64,000 nt of DNA from Syntrophomonadaceae bacterium (lineage in GTDB: Bacteria > Bacillota > Dethiobacteria > DTU022), in assembly GCA_003567725.1 (NCBI GenBank), contig PWYU01000088.1:551-64550 (forward strand), read 5' to 3'. The notes under the pieces were generated by a model. The model had not been told where the DNA came from, ran no database searches, and was given only the letters and a program-made list of their open reading frames with translations. The position numbers and the translations under genes were made by a program. Positions 21,075 through 31,740 of this stretch are shown one piece after another (positions within the stretch are counted from its first letter, which is position 1; every line of letters begins with the position of its first letter).

Positions 21075-21830
21075 TTAAAAAGAAACGCCTTGAAACAATT
21101 TGATAGAGTCCTGCACGGCTCTTGAATCATCAGGCAGCTTTAAAAGAGGTTGACCATTTAAGTCATATTCGGCAACCATAGGGTCATAACCAATTTCACC
21201 TAAAAGTTGAAGCTCGCTTTTTTTAATCTCCTGATCAAGGGTCTGCGCTTCCCCATCCCTGCTGCGGCTAATAATCAAACCCATTTTTGCCACATCAAGA
21301 TTAACCTTTTCCACTATTTCTTTAACTCTTTTGGCAGAGCGGATTCCCCTTGCTGTTGCATCACTGGTAACAAGCAGCAAATCAACCATGGGCAGGAGGC
21401 GGCGGCTAAGATGTTCCAAGCCTGCTTCATTATCAATAACTATATAATCATAATTCTTACTTAATGTTTCCAGGTATTTTTTTAGCAGATCATTGGGGTA
21501 ACAATAACATCCCGGCCCTTCCGGGTTACCCATCACCAGGAGATCAAAAGCTTTTTCCTCCACCATGGCTCGACTCAGGCGGTATTCAACAAAAACATCT
21601 TTTGTCATCCCACTGGGAACAGCTTTAGGATCTTTGGTATCTTCAAGGATTGAACTAACCGTTTCATCAACTTCAAGGCCAAGGGCTTCGTTCAGGTTGG
21701 CATTAGCATCGGCATCGACGGTCAGGATATCCTTTCCCTTTTTTTCTTCCATAAGATAACGAACCAGCAAAGCAGCTAAAGTAGTTTTACCGGTTCCTCC
21801 TTTACCGGCTACTGCTATACGCATTGTCAT
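21075..21830 (-). CDS. cooC: CooC/AcsF-type nickel-insertion ATPase (MinD/ParA superfamily).
   Basis: Deviant Walker A (AGKGGTGKTT) and the CooC-specific metal-binding CxC motif (GPGCYCYPN). Confidence 0.75.
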   Translation of the reverse strand: MTMRIAVAGKGGTGKTTLAALLVRYLMEEKKGKDILTVDADANANLNEALGLEVDETVSSILEDTKDPKAVPSGMTKDVFVEYRLSRAMVEEKAFDLLVMGNPEGPGCYCYPNDLLKKYLETLSKNYDYIVIDNEAGLEHLSRRLLPMVDLLLVTSDATARGIRSAKRVKEIVEKVNLDVAKMGLIISRSRDGEAQTLDQEIKKSELQLLGEIGYDPMVAEYDLNGQPLLKLPDDSRAVQDSIKLFQGVSF

Positions 21831-21883
21831 AATTATTTACTCCTCTCTCAACTTTTATTTGCTAAATATGAACTGTTATTCTT

Positions 21884-21995
21884 CTAAGCCGCACGGACAG
21901 TTCCACCTTCTCTCCTTGGGCCTTAAAGCTATGCTTTAAGGGACGTTAGAACCGTCCCCATGGCGCCGCTTATCATTCATTAAGGACAACAGGTC
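21884..21995. repeat. Copy B, the more diverged copy, of the structured intergenic element.
   Basis: TAAGCCGCAC-GGACAGTTCCACCTTCTCTCC-TTGGG-CCTTAAAGCTATGCTTTAAGG-GACGTTAGAACCGTCCCC-ATGGCGCCGCTTATC-ATTCATTAAGGACAACAGG. Hairpins 2 and 3 are intact; hairpin 1 has decayed. Confidence 0.7.
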
Positions 21996-22063
21996 TATTA
22001 GTTACAAAATCATTTTATAAAAAAATGCAATACCTGATTTCGTATTAAATCACAGTCAGTAAC

Positions 22064-23419
22064 CTAAAGGCGCCCGGCCAAAACCTCATCCAGCTGGGCT
22101 ATTGTATTGCAGGGCCACATTTCCGTTAAGGCGGCAACCGTTTGGACTGACCGATGCTCAACCCACTGCTCTCGAGGAAGCGGGTTTAGCCAAACGATCC
22201 TGCCAACTCGATCAGAAAGCCTGCTTAATTCATCAACAGCATGATCCAGCGCAATAGTCCTGGTATCGCTTACCACAATTACAGTAGTTCTCCTATTTAA
22301 TAAATCAGGATATTTAGTTCTTAGCAGCTGGAGAGACATACCAAGGTTTGTGCCACCGCCCCATGTCTCACTGCGGTGAATTACATGCTCTAATATTTGA
22401 TGGATGCTACCGCGCTTCTTAATTTCCTGAGTCATATTTTCCAGTTCATCAGAAAAACTGAAACAGGACAAATCCCGCACCGCTTCCCGCAAACCATGCA
22501 AAAATTGCAGTACAAAAGCACTATACTTTTTCATAGAAGCTGATACATCGCAAAGTAGTAAAATTTGCTCGCGATCACGCCGTTTAGGTTTATATTTTAT
22601 TTTAAAAATAATCCCCCCATAACGCAAATTGTCACGCAGAGACCTGCGTAAATCAATAAGGCCGCTTCTAGGTCCTTTTTTACGCCTGCGTAGAATTTGA
22701 ACAGCCAGCTTTTTAGACAACCTTTGGATTATTTGTTCAACCTCTGGCAATTCCCTTGCAGTAATGGATTGCATATCCATTTCACTTAAATAATCCTGGT
22801 TGGCACTGCTTCCTGAACCGCAACCGCCAGCCATGGCTTTAGAGGGTTCTCCTCCGGGGCTGCTGCCGGTATTTTCATCTTGACGATTACCGGAACGGCA
22901 ATACCGAAGATGGCTTTTAACAACCGTTTCCAGAATCGGCCGAAAAGGTTCATTCACATTAACTCCCGATTCGGTCTTATGCATGAATGCCTGCAGGCGT
23001 TCACGCTGTTGACTGGTCAATGTGCTGTACTGGGCTAGTTCAGTGGAGGTTAACTGCAAAGGTTCTCCTTTAAAAGTCAGCTCATTGCCGGCTTGCTTTA
23101 TTTTATCAGCACACCGCTTTTTGTAAGCCGCGGTTTGTTCTTCTCCATGGTTATGCACTTCTGGCGGAGCAAAAAAGTAATCGAAAATGGTATTAAATAA
23201 ATCCCTGTCTCGATAATTTTTGATCAAAGTAGCCTGTAGAGTTACTTTAAAATTCTCCCTGGAAGATAAGTCAATCTTTTGAAGAGACTGCAGGGCATCC
23301 ATTGTTTCACTAGAGCTAATTGGAAGCCCTTCTTTCCTTAGAATATTTGTGAATATAACCAGATTCTCTTCAAGATGGCTGTCGGACAAATTTTCTTTCA
23401 GTAACAACTTACAACTCAA
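22064..23419 (-). CDS. CoxE-like von Willebrand factor A protein.
   Basis: 451 aa. C-terminal VWA with a MIDAS-type DxSxS (LLCDVSASM); it overlaps the upstream MoxR ATPase gene by 4 nt. Confidence 0.75.
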   Translation of the reverse strand: MSCKLLLKENLSDSHLEENLVIFTNILRKEGLPISSSETMDALQSLQKIDLSSRENFKVTLQATLIKNYRDRDLFNTIFDYFFAPPEVHNHGEEQTAAYKKRCADKIKQAGNELTFKGEPLQLTSTELAQYSTLTSQQRERLQAFMHKTESGVNVNEPFRPILETVVKSHLRYCRSGNRQDENTGSSPGGEPSKAMAGGCGSGSSANQDYLSEMDMQSITARELPEVEQIIQRLSKKLAVQILRRRKKGPRSGLIDLRRSLRDNLRYGGIIFKIKYKPKRRDREQILLLCDVSASMKKYSAFVLQFLHGLREAVRDLSCFSFSDELENMTQEIKKRGSIHQILEHVIHRSETWGGGTNLGMSLQLLRTKYPDLLNRRTTVIVVSDTRTIALDHAVDELSRLSDRVGRIVWLNPLPREQWVEHRSVQTVAALTEMWPCNTIAQLDEVLAGRL

Positions 23420-24312
23420 CCTCCATCTTTGCCTTGCTTTAAAATATCTTCTATGCCTTGCGAACCTATTTCCGCTTTAAAAAAATCCTGGTCGGCACGG
23501 GTTTTTAAAATCAAGTTTAAAGTTTCGCTTACCAGTTTCCCATCAAGACGCTTTTTGCTCAAAAAAACCAGGGCTCTGGCCCAATCCAATGTTTCTGCAA
23601 TAGAAGGCTTTTTGCGCAAATCGCCTTGCCGTCGCAGGTTAGCTGCCACCCTGGCGATATCCCAGGCCAACCGATCAGCCGCGCCGGGCACTTTTGCTCT
23701 TATAATTTCTACTTCTTCTTCCACAGTTGGAAAATCTAAATATAGATAGAGACAACGCCTTTTTAATCCATCGGATAATTCGCGTTCATTGTTGCTGGTT
23801 AAAACTACAGCAGGGATTTGATTTGCCTGAACAGTCCCCAGTTCCGGAATAGAAACCTGGAAATCAGAGAGAATTTCAAATAAAAAAGCTTCAAATTCAG
23901 GATCGCATTTATCTACTTCATCAATTAACAGCACCGGGGTTTCTAAGGCCCGGATAGCTTTCAACAATGGTCTTTCTAAAAGGTATTGCTCAGAAAATAG
24001 ATCTTCTTCCTTGACCTGTTCTTCTTCCAGGTTACGATTCATCTGAATCCGCAATAATTGGCGCTGATAATTCCATTCATATAGTGCTTTTGTTTCATCT
24101 AATCCTTCATAACACTGCAGCCTGATCAGTGCTGTATGCAAAATCTCTGCCAGCACCTTGCCCATCTCTGTTTTTCCTACACCTGGAGCTCCCTCAATCA
24201 GTAAGGGTTTTTTTAGCTCAAGCGTTAAAAAAACCGTTAATGCAGTACTGTCATCACAAATATAGCCTGCTTCCTTAAAACCTTTTTTTAAATCTGCAAG
24301 AGTTAAATTCAT
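23416..24312 (-). CDS. MoxR/CoxD-like AAA+ ATPase.
   Basis: Walker A LIEGAPGVGKTE, Walker B LLIDEVDKC and the AAA lid. It pairs with the VWA gene as in CoxD/CoxE. Confidence 0.8.
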   Translation of the reverse strand: MNLTLADLKKGFKEAGYICDDSTALTVFLTLELKKPLLIEGAPGVGKTEMGKVLAEILHTALIRLQCYEGLDETKALYEWNYQRQLLRIQMNRNLEEEQVKEEDLFSEQYLLERPLLKAIRALETPVLLIDEVDKCDPEFEAFLFEILSDFQVSIPELGTVQANQIPAVVLTSNNERELSDGLKRRCLYLYLDFPTVEEEVEIIRAKVPGAADRLAWDIARVAANLRRQGDLRKKPSIAETLDWARALVFLSKKRLDGKLVSETLNLILKTRADQDFFKAEIGSQGIEDILKQGKDGG

Positions 24313-24519
24313 ATTAAAACCTATCCTTTATTGGGCTATTGCTCTGCTCTGTGGCTTAAAATTACCATGTCTTTAAAAAATAAAGAATTTTTACAGACAA
24401 GATTTATTACCCAGAAAAACTATAATTAATGATACTATAACTGCCTGATCCCGGCAAATTTAAGACGAGAAATCTTTTCCTATTTTGGTTATAGCATTTA
24501 GGAACTGTAAATAAAAGGG

Positions 24520-25248
24520 CTATATAGAAAAACTATCCCCTGGCTGAAGTATTACGCACTTACTGCTTGTATTTTCCTCCACTTTTTTCTTAAAAACTTC
24601 CGGATCTAATTCAATCAAAGGCCAGGTATTATAGTGATAAGGGATAACCACTTTGGCCCGCAGAAAAGATGCGGCAATAACAGCATCATCAATACCCATG
24701 GTAAAATTATCACCAATAGGCAGCAATGCAAGATCAAGGGAATCCAGTTCGCCGATTAATTTCATGTCGTAAAAAAGCCCTGTATCACCGGCGAAATAAA
24801 TTTTTGTACCATAATAATCAACTACAAAGCCGCAGGCATGGCCACCTTCTATACCGGCACCATGAAATGCAAGGGTAAGTTTAACTGAACCAAAGGATTG
24901 ATAACTGCGGCCACCAATATGCTGAGCATGAGCATTATACCCATCTGCCGCAGCTTTTTTGGCTATTTCTGAAGTAGAAATAATTTTAGCTCCATTCTGC
25001 CTGGCTATTTCATAGGCGTCCCCGAAGTGATCCCAGTGAGCGTGAGAAATAAGGATGTAATCAGTTGTGATTTCATCGACAGTAACAGTTGCTAACGGAT
25101 TTTCACTGATAAATGGGTCAAACACGAGAACCTCTTTTCCTTTTTCAGAGAGCAGAAAGCTGGTATGACCCCAAAAAGTAATATTCGGCAAAGCAGTTCC
25201 CTCCTTGTTTTCTTTCTGATTATTAGATATGTCTTTTATAACAATCAA
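24520..25248 (-). CDS. Metallo-beta-lactamase-fold hydrolase.
   Basis: HxHxDH zinc motif (ISHAHWDHFGD) with downstream His/Asp ligands. Confidence 0.75.
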   Translation of the reverse strand: MIVIKDISNNQKENKEGTALPNITFWGHTSFLLSEKGKEVLVFDPFISENPLATVTVDEITTDYILISHAHWDHFGDAYEIARQNGAKIISTSEIAKKAAADGYNAHAQHIGGRSYQSFGSVKLTLAFHGAGIEGGHACGFVVDYYGTKIYFAGDTGLFYDMKLIGELDSLDLALLPIGDNFTMGIDDAVIAASFLRAKVVIPYHYNTWPLIELDPEVFKKKVEENTSSKCVILQPGDSFSI

Positions 25249-25269
25249 AAACCGGTTGGCGCGAACCTA

Positions 25270-26313
25270 TCAATAAATCATTACTTTATGCACATATTCA
25301 GACGTCATCAGGTTTAATGTAGAAACATAGTTTAAGTCAAAGTCAATAATATCACCAACCCTATAGTCTTTTGAAGATGATTCTATGTCTAAAATCAGGT
25401 GATCACCGCTGGCTCCAATCACTTCTAGATCTGAATCACAGGGTCTAATATGATCAGGATCAACATCCTGTTTGCCTACGGCCAAAAGGGCCTTTTTCCT
25501 GATACCTCTATCTTCAAACACCGGCTTTCTAAAAAAAGCATCCAGCCCTATATCTCCGGTAGGGGCCGAAGGCTTAGATTTAACTTCGATTATTTCTGCT
25601 TGTAATTGAAAAACCTGACTGTGGACGTTCAAGCCTGTTCCCTGGATAAATATTTCCCCCATCCGCAGTTGATTTATCCTGGCTGGCATTTTACCCTGCT
25701 TTATTAAATGAAAGCTTGACGTACTTCCACCAGAAACAATTTCCAACTTTATTTTAAACTTGTTTTCAATTTGCTCAGCCTTTTGGGCCAGAAGCCCTAA
25801 ATTGTTTTCATCAGGAATTACGCCTCCAAAACAGGAAAGGTTAGCACCGATTCCAACAAGCTTTATTCCCTTAATTTCGCTAATTGCTTGAACATAATCC
25901 AGCACATCTTCTATAAGCACGCCTTCTCTAATATCGCCAAGTTCTAACATTAAGATGATTTTATGCCTTTTACTCTGAAGAACTGCTTCCCGCCCCAGGG
26001 TCCGAATTGTTTCAAGTTCAGAGTTTAAGCTGACATCTGCATATTTTACAACATCTGCCGCTTCACTAAGCATGGGAATTCGCAGCAGGTATCTTGGAAC
26101 ATTAAAACAGCCCAGTTTCTTCAAATTTTTAATCCGAGAATCAGCCAGACCGCTGACACCGCCTTTTACATAAGCTTCGGCAATTCCCGGGTGGCCACAG
26201 AATCCTTTTGTTACCCCGATTATCTCAATCTCATGTGCGTCACAGATCTTTTTTGCCAGAGAGACATTTTGGGTTAGTTTATTGAGGTAAACATTAATAG
26301 AAGGATATTGCAA
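25270..26313 (-). CDS. Fold-type III PLP enzyme with an alanine-racemase-like N-terminal domain (YhfX / ornithine racemase-like).
   Basis: 347 aa. N-terminal TIM-barrel racemase-like region (IIGVTKGFCG...LLRIPMLSE) and a C-terminal beta domain; the length matches predicted amino-acid racemases. Confidence 0.6.
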   Translation of the reverse strand: MQYPSINVYLNKLTQNVSLAKKICDAHEIEIIGVTKGFCGHPGIAEAYVKGGVSGLADSRIKNLKKLGCFNVPRYLLRIPMLSEAADVVKYADVSLNSELETIRTLGREAVLQSKRHKIILMLELGDIREGVLIEDVLDYVQAISEIKGIKLVGIGANLSCFGGVIPDENNLGLLAQKAEQIENKFKIKLEIVSGGSTSSFHLIKQGKMPARINQLRMGEIFIQGTGLNVHSQVFQLQAEIIEVKSKPSAPTGDIGLDAFFRKPVFEDRGIRKKALLAVGKQDVDPDHIRPCDSDLEVIGASGDHLILDIESSSKDYRVGDIIDFDLNYVSTLNLMTSEYVHKVMIY

Positions 26314-26467
26314 ACAAGACCCTCCTCACTCAGTTATCTGCTTTCATACATAATAACATAAGAGAGTCCAGTAAATACATTAATTATACCTCTCTTTCTT
26401 TTTTGCTTTAACTCTTGTCAGGGTTTCTGAAAATCTAGTTTATTAGTTTGCGCATTAGGTCTTTTTT

Positions 26468-26578
26468 TAAGCCGCAGGGGACGGTTCCACCGTCTCCCCT
26501 TCGGCCTCAAAGCTATGCTTTAAGGGACGTTCGATCCGTCTTCATGGCGCCGCTTATCATTCAACAAGGGCAATAGGC
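26468..26578. repeat. Copy C of the structured intergenic element.
   Basis: TAAGCCGCA-GGGGACGGTTCCACCGTCTCCCC-TTCGG-CCTCAAAGCTATGCTTTAAGG-GACGTTCGATCCGTCTTC-ATGGCGCCGCTTATC-ATTCAACAAGGGCAATAGGC. In hairpin 3, changes CCC to CTT keep pairing by G-U wobbles. Confidence 0.75.
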
Positions 26579-26838
26579 TTTGTCGTTACAAAGGAAAAAT
26601 CAATCCAGTTGCTTATTGAGCTTATATAAGTTCGGGTAAATTGTAAATTGGGTTGAATATTTTAGATAATAAGAATATCCCTTTCTATAATAATGGCCGC
26701 CTACGAATGCTTAAACTTTACAACAAAAGCTATGCTGAAGTAGCAAATTTGACTTAACCTTTAGCTTGGTTTAATCTTGTGATGTGACAATCAGCGCTGC
26801 AGGCTAATGCAGACGAGGCGGAGGTAAGCCTGATAAAA

Positions 26839-28542
26839 ATGAAAAATGATAGCACACTGCCTGAAAGGCTTCGAGAATTTCACAGACTTTCTTTTTCGCT
26901 GATCAGCCTGTCGGAAAAAGGGCAAGTTATTGGCGATTATTTTGAAGATGCCTCCAACCGGCTAATTGATTTTACCGGGGCTGAACTGGTTTCAATAGTA
27001 GCCAGGGGAGAGCGCCGTTTTTTCAGGTTCCGCTTTTCAAACCAAAAGGGGCGGGAGCTAACAAAACTAGCTCGTTTTCCTGAACCTGCTATTGAGAAAG
27101 CTGCTCTGGACAGTTTGCCAGGTTTACCCGGGCTTTTCACTGATATATCTGCTGTTAATGTTCTGGAAAGCCTTGTTTTCTCCGGTTCAGTCCAAGATAG
27201 CGGCTTTGCAACAAAGAGCGGTGGCCTCAACATAAATTGTAACTTCCCCCCGGACTTATCAACCGCTTACCGTTCAATCCTGGTTTTACCAATTAGGTTT
27301 CAAGATGAAGTGGTCGGTACAGTGGCCATGGGTTGGCGCTCCGGTTACCTTCCTGATGACCTTGAGGTCGAACTTTACCAGTTTATAGTTGATATAATCG
27401 GCTTTTCCAGGTCACACCGCCAGGCAAAATTCATGCTGGGTGAAAGAATCAAGGAGCTGGAAACGATTTACAGGATCAGCCGCCTTGGCTCAGAACCCGG
27501 TAAAACCCTTGAGGATATTATGCAGGGAGCGGTTAATTTTATACCTTTTGGTTTTTTACACCCCGATTATACATGCTGCAAAATAGTCTATCTAAATCAA
27601 ACATTTACAGGTAGTAACAACAAACTACCCGTCTATACCATAAGGGAGGAAATCTTCGTTGAAAATGAACCAAAAGGACATGTTGAAGTAGGATATTTAA
27701 GAAAATCCAGCAGCATTTATAAGGTTCCTTTTTTAAAAGAAGAGCAGTCAATGTTGAAAGCTGTTGCTGGTGAACTGGGGCATATAGCTGCCAGGAAACA
27801 TAATGAATTGGAAAAAGAACGCCTGCAGCAGCAGCTTTTACATGCTGACAGGTTGGTAACTGTCGGGCAGTTGACTGCCGGCATTGCCCATGAGCTTAAT
27901 GAACCGCTGGGGGGAATTCTCGGCTTTGCCCAGCTGATTAAAAAATACGGCCGCATTAATAATACTGTTGAAAAAGATATTGAAAAAATTATAAAAGCAG
28001 CTTTACACGGACGGGAAATCATCCGGAAACTGATGCTTTTCAGCAGGCAGGCACCTCCGGAAAAGGTTATGGTCGATATTAATGAAAGAATTGACGATGG
28101 GCTTTATCTTCTGGAAAACAGGATAAACAAAAGCAGAATCAAGCTGATTAAAGATTACGCCAGTAATCTGCCCTTGATTAAACTTGATCCGGCCCAGCTA
28201 AACCAGGTTTTGGTTAACCTTGTAGTCAATGCTATCCAGGCCATGCCTGAAGGAGGCGAAATCACATTAAAAACTGCCAGCACTATTGATGACATTTTAA
28301 TTATCATTAAGGATACCGGCGCCGGGATAGCTCTTTCAGATTTAGAAAATATATTTTTACCTTTTTATACAACTAAAGGCCCCAGCGAAGGGGCTGGCCT
28401 TGGCCTACCAGTTGCATTAGGTATTGTACAATCTCACCGTGGCACCATAACGGTTGATAGCGAACCCGGGAAAGGAACAGCTTTTACCGTGAAGTTTCCA
28501 ATCGGAGGTGATTACGAGGATGGTAAAAAAAAGCAAGGCTGA
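26839..28542 (+). CDS. Cytoplasmic sensor histidine kinase (GAF-like sensor regions plus HisKA/HATPase_c).
   Basis: H-box TAGIAHELNEPLGGILGFAQL; N, G1 and G2 boxes (LVVNAIQAM, IKDTGAGI, GAGLGL); no TM segments. Confidence 0.85.
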   Translation: MKNDSTLPERLREFHRLSFSLISLSEKGQVIGDYFEDASNRLIDFTGAELVSIVARGERRFFRFRFSNQKGRELTKLARFPEPAIEKAALDSLPGLPGLFTDISAVNVLESLVFSGSVQDSGFATKSGGLNINCNFPPDLSTAYRSILVLPIRFQDEVVGTVAMGWRSGYLPDDLEVELYQFIVDIIGFSRSHRQAKFMLGERIKELETIYRISRLGSEPGKTLEDIMQGAVNFIPFGFLHPDYTCCKIVYLNQTFTGSNNKLPVYTIREEIFVENEPKGHVEVGYLRKSSSIYKVPFLKEEQSMLKAVAGELGHIAARKHNELEKERLQQQLLHADRLVTVGQLTAGIAHELNEPLGGILGFAQLIKKYGRINNTVEKDIEKIIKAALHGREIIRKLMLFSRQAPPEKVMVDINERIDDGLYLLENRINKSRIKLIKDYASNLPLIKLDPAQLNQVLVNLVVNAIQAMPEGGEITLKTASTIDDILIIIKDTGAGIALSDLENIFLPFYTTKGPSEGAGLGLPVALGIVQSHRGTITVDSEPGKGTAFTVKFPIGGDYEDGKKKQG

Positions 28543-29899
28543 AACTATCATGGTTGTTGACGATTCGCCGGACACACTGGAGGTGCTGCACCGCAGCATT
28601 GAGCACATGGGGTTTGTGGTTTTCCCCTGTGAAAGTGCCGGGGAAGCAATTGAACTGCTCAAGGATAATCCTGTTGATCTTGTCATTACAGATTACCATA
28701 TGCCGTTTATCGGCGGGCTTGACCTGATCAAGCATATCAGGGAGCAATACCCGAACACAGAAGTGATGATGATTACCGGTTATGCATCTGTAGAGGGAGC
28801 CGTTGAAGCGATCAAGGCCGGAGCAGAAGAATACCTTGCCAAACCTTTCACTGATGAAGAATTGGAGCAGGCAATTGAAAGATCGCTTGAAAAACTTTCA
28901 ATCAGGTCCGCTAAAAAAGGCTCTCCTGCCGATGATTATTCAGTTAAATTCGGTCTTATCCTGGTATCAGAAGCAATGAAAAAAGTAAGCAAGCTGATCA
29001 AGAAGGCAGCATCCAGCGAACACCCTGTTTTGATTTCGGGAGAGCCAGGTTCAGAAAAAGAACTTGCAGCAAGAATCATCCACTATTCTAGCAGCAGGAG
29101 CAAATATCCCTTTATTTATGTCAATTGCACAGAGATTCCCGAAAGCTTTTTGGAAAATGAAATATTCGGCTATCTTAGGCCTGGCCAGGGAGAAGAATTT
29201 GATGGTTCACCTGAAGAAACTTGCCCGGCCAAGTCTATACAGCCCGGTTTTTTGGAAATGGTGGGCAACGGGACAGTTTTTTTTGATGAAATTAGCAAAA
29301 CTCCGCTGGCCGTGCAGGTTAAGCTGCTCGATATCCTTGCAAATTATGAGCTAACCTGTGTCGGTGATAATACAGCCAGACCTGTTGGCTGCAGAATTAT
29401 CGCTTCCACATCTAAAGATCTAATCACTTTGGTCGGAAAGGGGCTCTTCAGAGAGGACCTGTTCTTTCAGCTAAACATGGTCAATATCATTATTCCCCCT
29501 TTGCGGGACAGAAAAGATGATATTATTCCACTTTGTCGAGAGCATCTTGCCAGGGAAAGTCGGGAACTGGGACGCAGTGCACCTTTAAGCTTTTCCGAAG
29601 ATGTTACCAGAGCTGCACTTCTTTACGAATGGCCCGGTAATTCAAAGGAACTCGCCAGTCTGATAGGCACCCTAACCGCTCAAGTGGAGACAGATCAAGT
29701 TAAGCTCTCTGATCTGCCGCGCTGTATTCGTGCAGCGCTTGATCTGGAAAAAAAGTCTAAAAAAAGCCTCAATGAAATTGAAGTTGAACATATCAGGGAT
29801 GTACTGCAGTCCTGTGCCGGCAATAAAACAAAAGCTGCTCAGCTCCTTGGTATTGACAGAAAAACTTTACGCGACAAGCTCGACAGACTGAACAGATAA
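28508..29899 (+). CDS. NtrC-family response regulator: REC, a degenerate sigma-54-interaction AAA+ domain, and a Fis-type HTH.
   Basis: REC domain (MVVDDSPDTL...DLVITDYHMP). The AAA+ domain has a degenerate Walker A (GEPGSEKE vs GESGTGKE) and lacks GAFTGA (EIFGYLRPGQGEEFDG... with an insertion). Walker B is FFDEI. C-terminal HTH (TKAAQLLGIDRKTLRDKL). Confidence 0.8.
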   Translation: MITRMVKKSKAETIMVVDDSPDTLEVLHRSIEHMGFVVFPCESAGEAIELLKDNPVDLVITDYHMPFIGGLDLIKHIREQYPNTEVMMITGYASVEGAVEAIKAGAEEYLAKPFTDEELEQAIERSLEKLSIRSAKKGSPADDYSVKFGLILVSEAMKKVSKLIKKAASSEHPVLISGEPGSEKELAARIIHYSSSRSKYPFIYVNCTEIPESFLENEIFGYLRPGQGEEFDGSPEETCPAKSIQPGFLEMVGNGTVFFDEISKTPLAVQVKLLDILANYELTCVGDNTARPVGCRIIASTSKDLITLVGKGLFREDLFFQLNMVNIIIPPLRDRKDDIIPLCREHLARESRELGRSAPLSFSEDVTRAALLYEWPGNSKELASLIGTLTAQVETDQVKLSDLPRCIRAALDLEKKSKKSLNEIEVEHIRDVLQSCAGNKTKAAQLLGIDRKTLRDKLDRLNR

Positions 29900-30204
29900 G
29901 GTTAGCGCTACAGCAAAAGATTAAAGGATAAGCTTAAGCCAGGGGAAAGAATCGGACACCCTGGGCTGTGGAGCAAAGCCAAAGTGAAGGCTATGGAACT
30001 GTCCTGCACGATGTAACGGTTTTGTTTATTAATATAAGCTGCGCTGTTTTGCCGGGCTAAATTTGTTGTTATGCACTGTAATTACGACCAGATCTTTTAG
30101 TCGCTTCTAAAAGAAGTATGAATAAGTTCAAGACACTGAGCACTATTATTGATCTGCCATTCTGTTTAAAGACTGCATACGGGGCTATTCTCACCGACAT
30201 ATTT

Positions 30205-31602
<1,398 letters not shown>

Positions 31603-31740
31603 CTACAGATAAATGAGTAAATTTTCATCAGCATAAGTTTCTATATACCCCATTTATATATTATTGTATTATACTATAATAGATGTCAAGATAAATTATT
31701 CGGCATTTCCTTCTGTGAATGCCACAGGTGAGGTGAGCTA

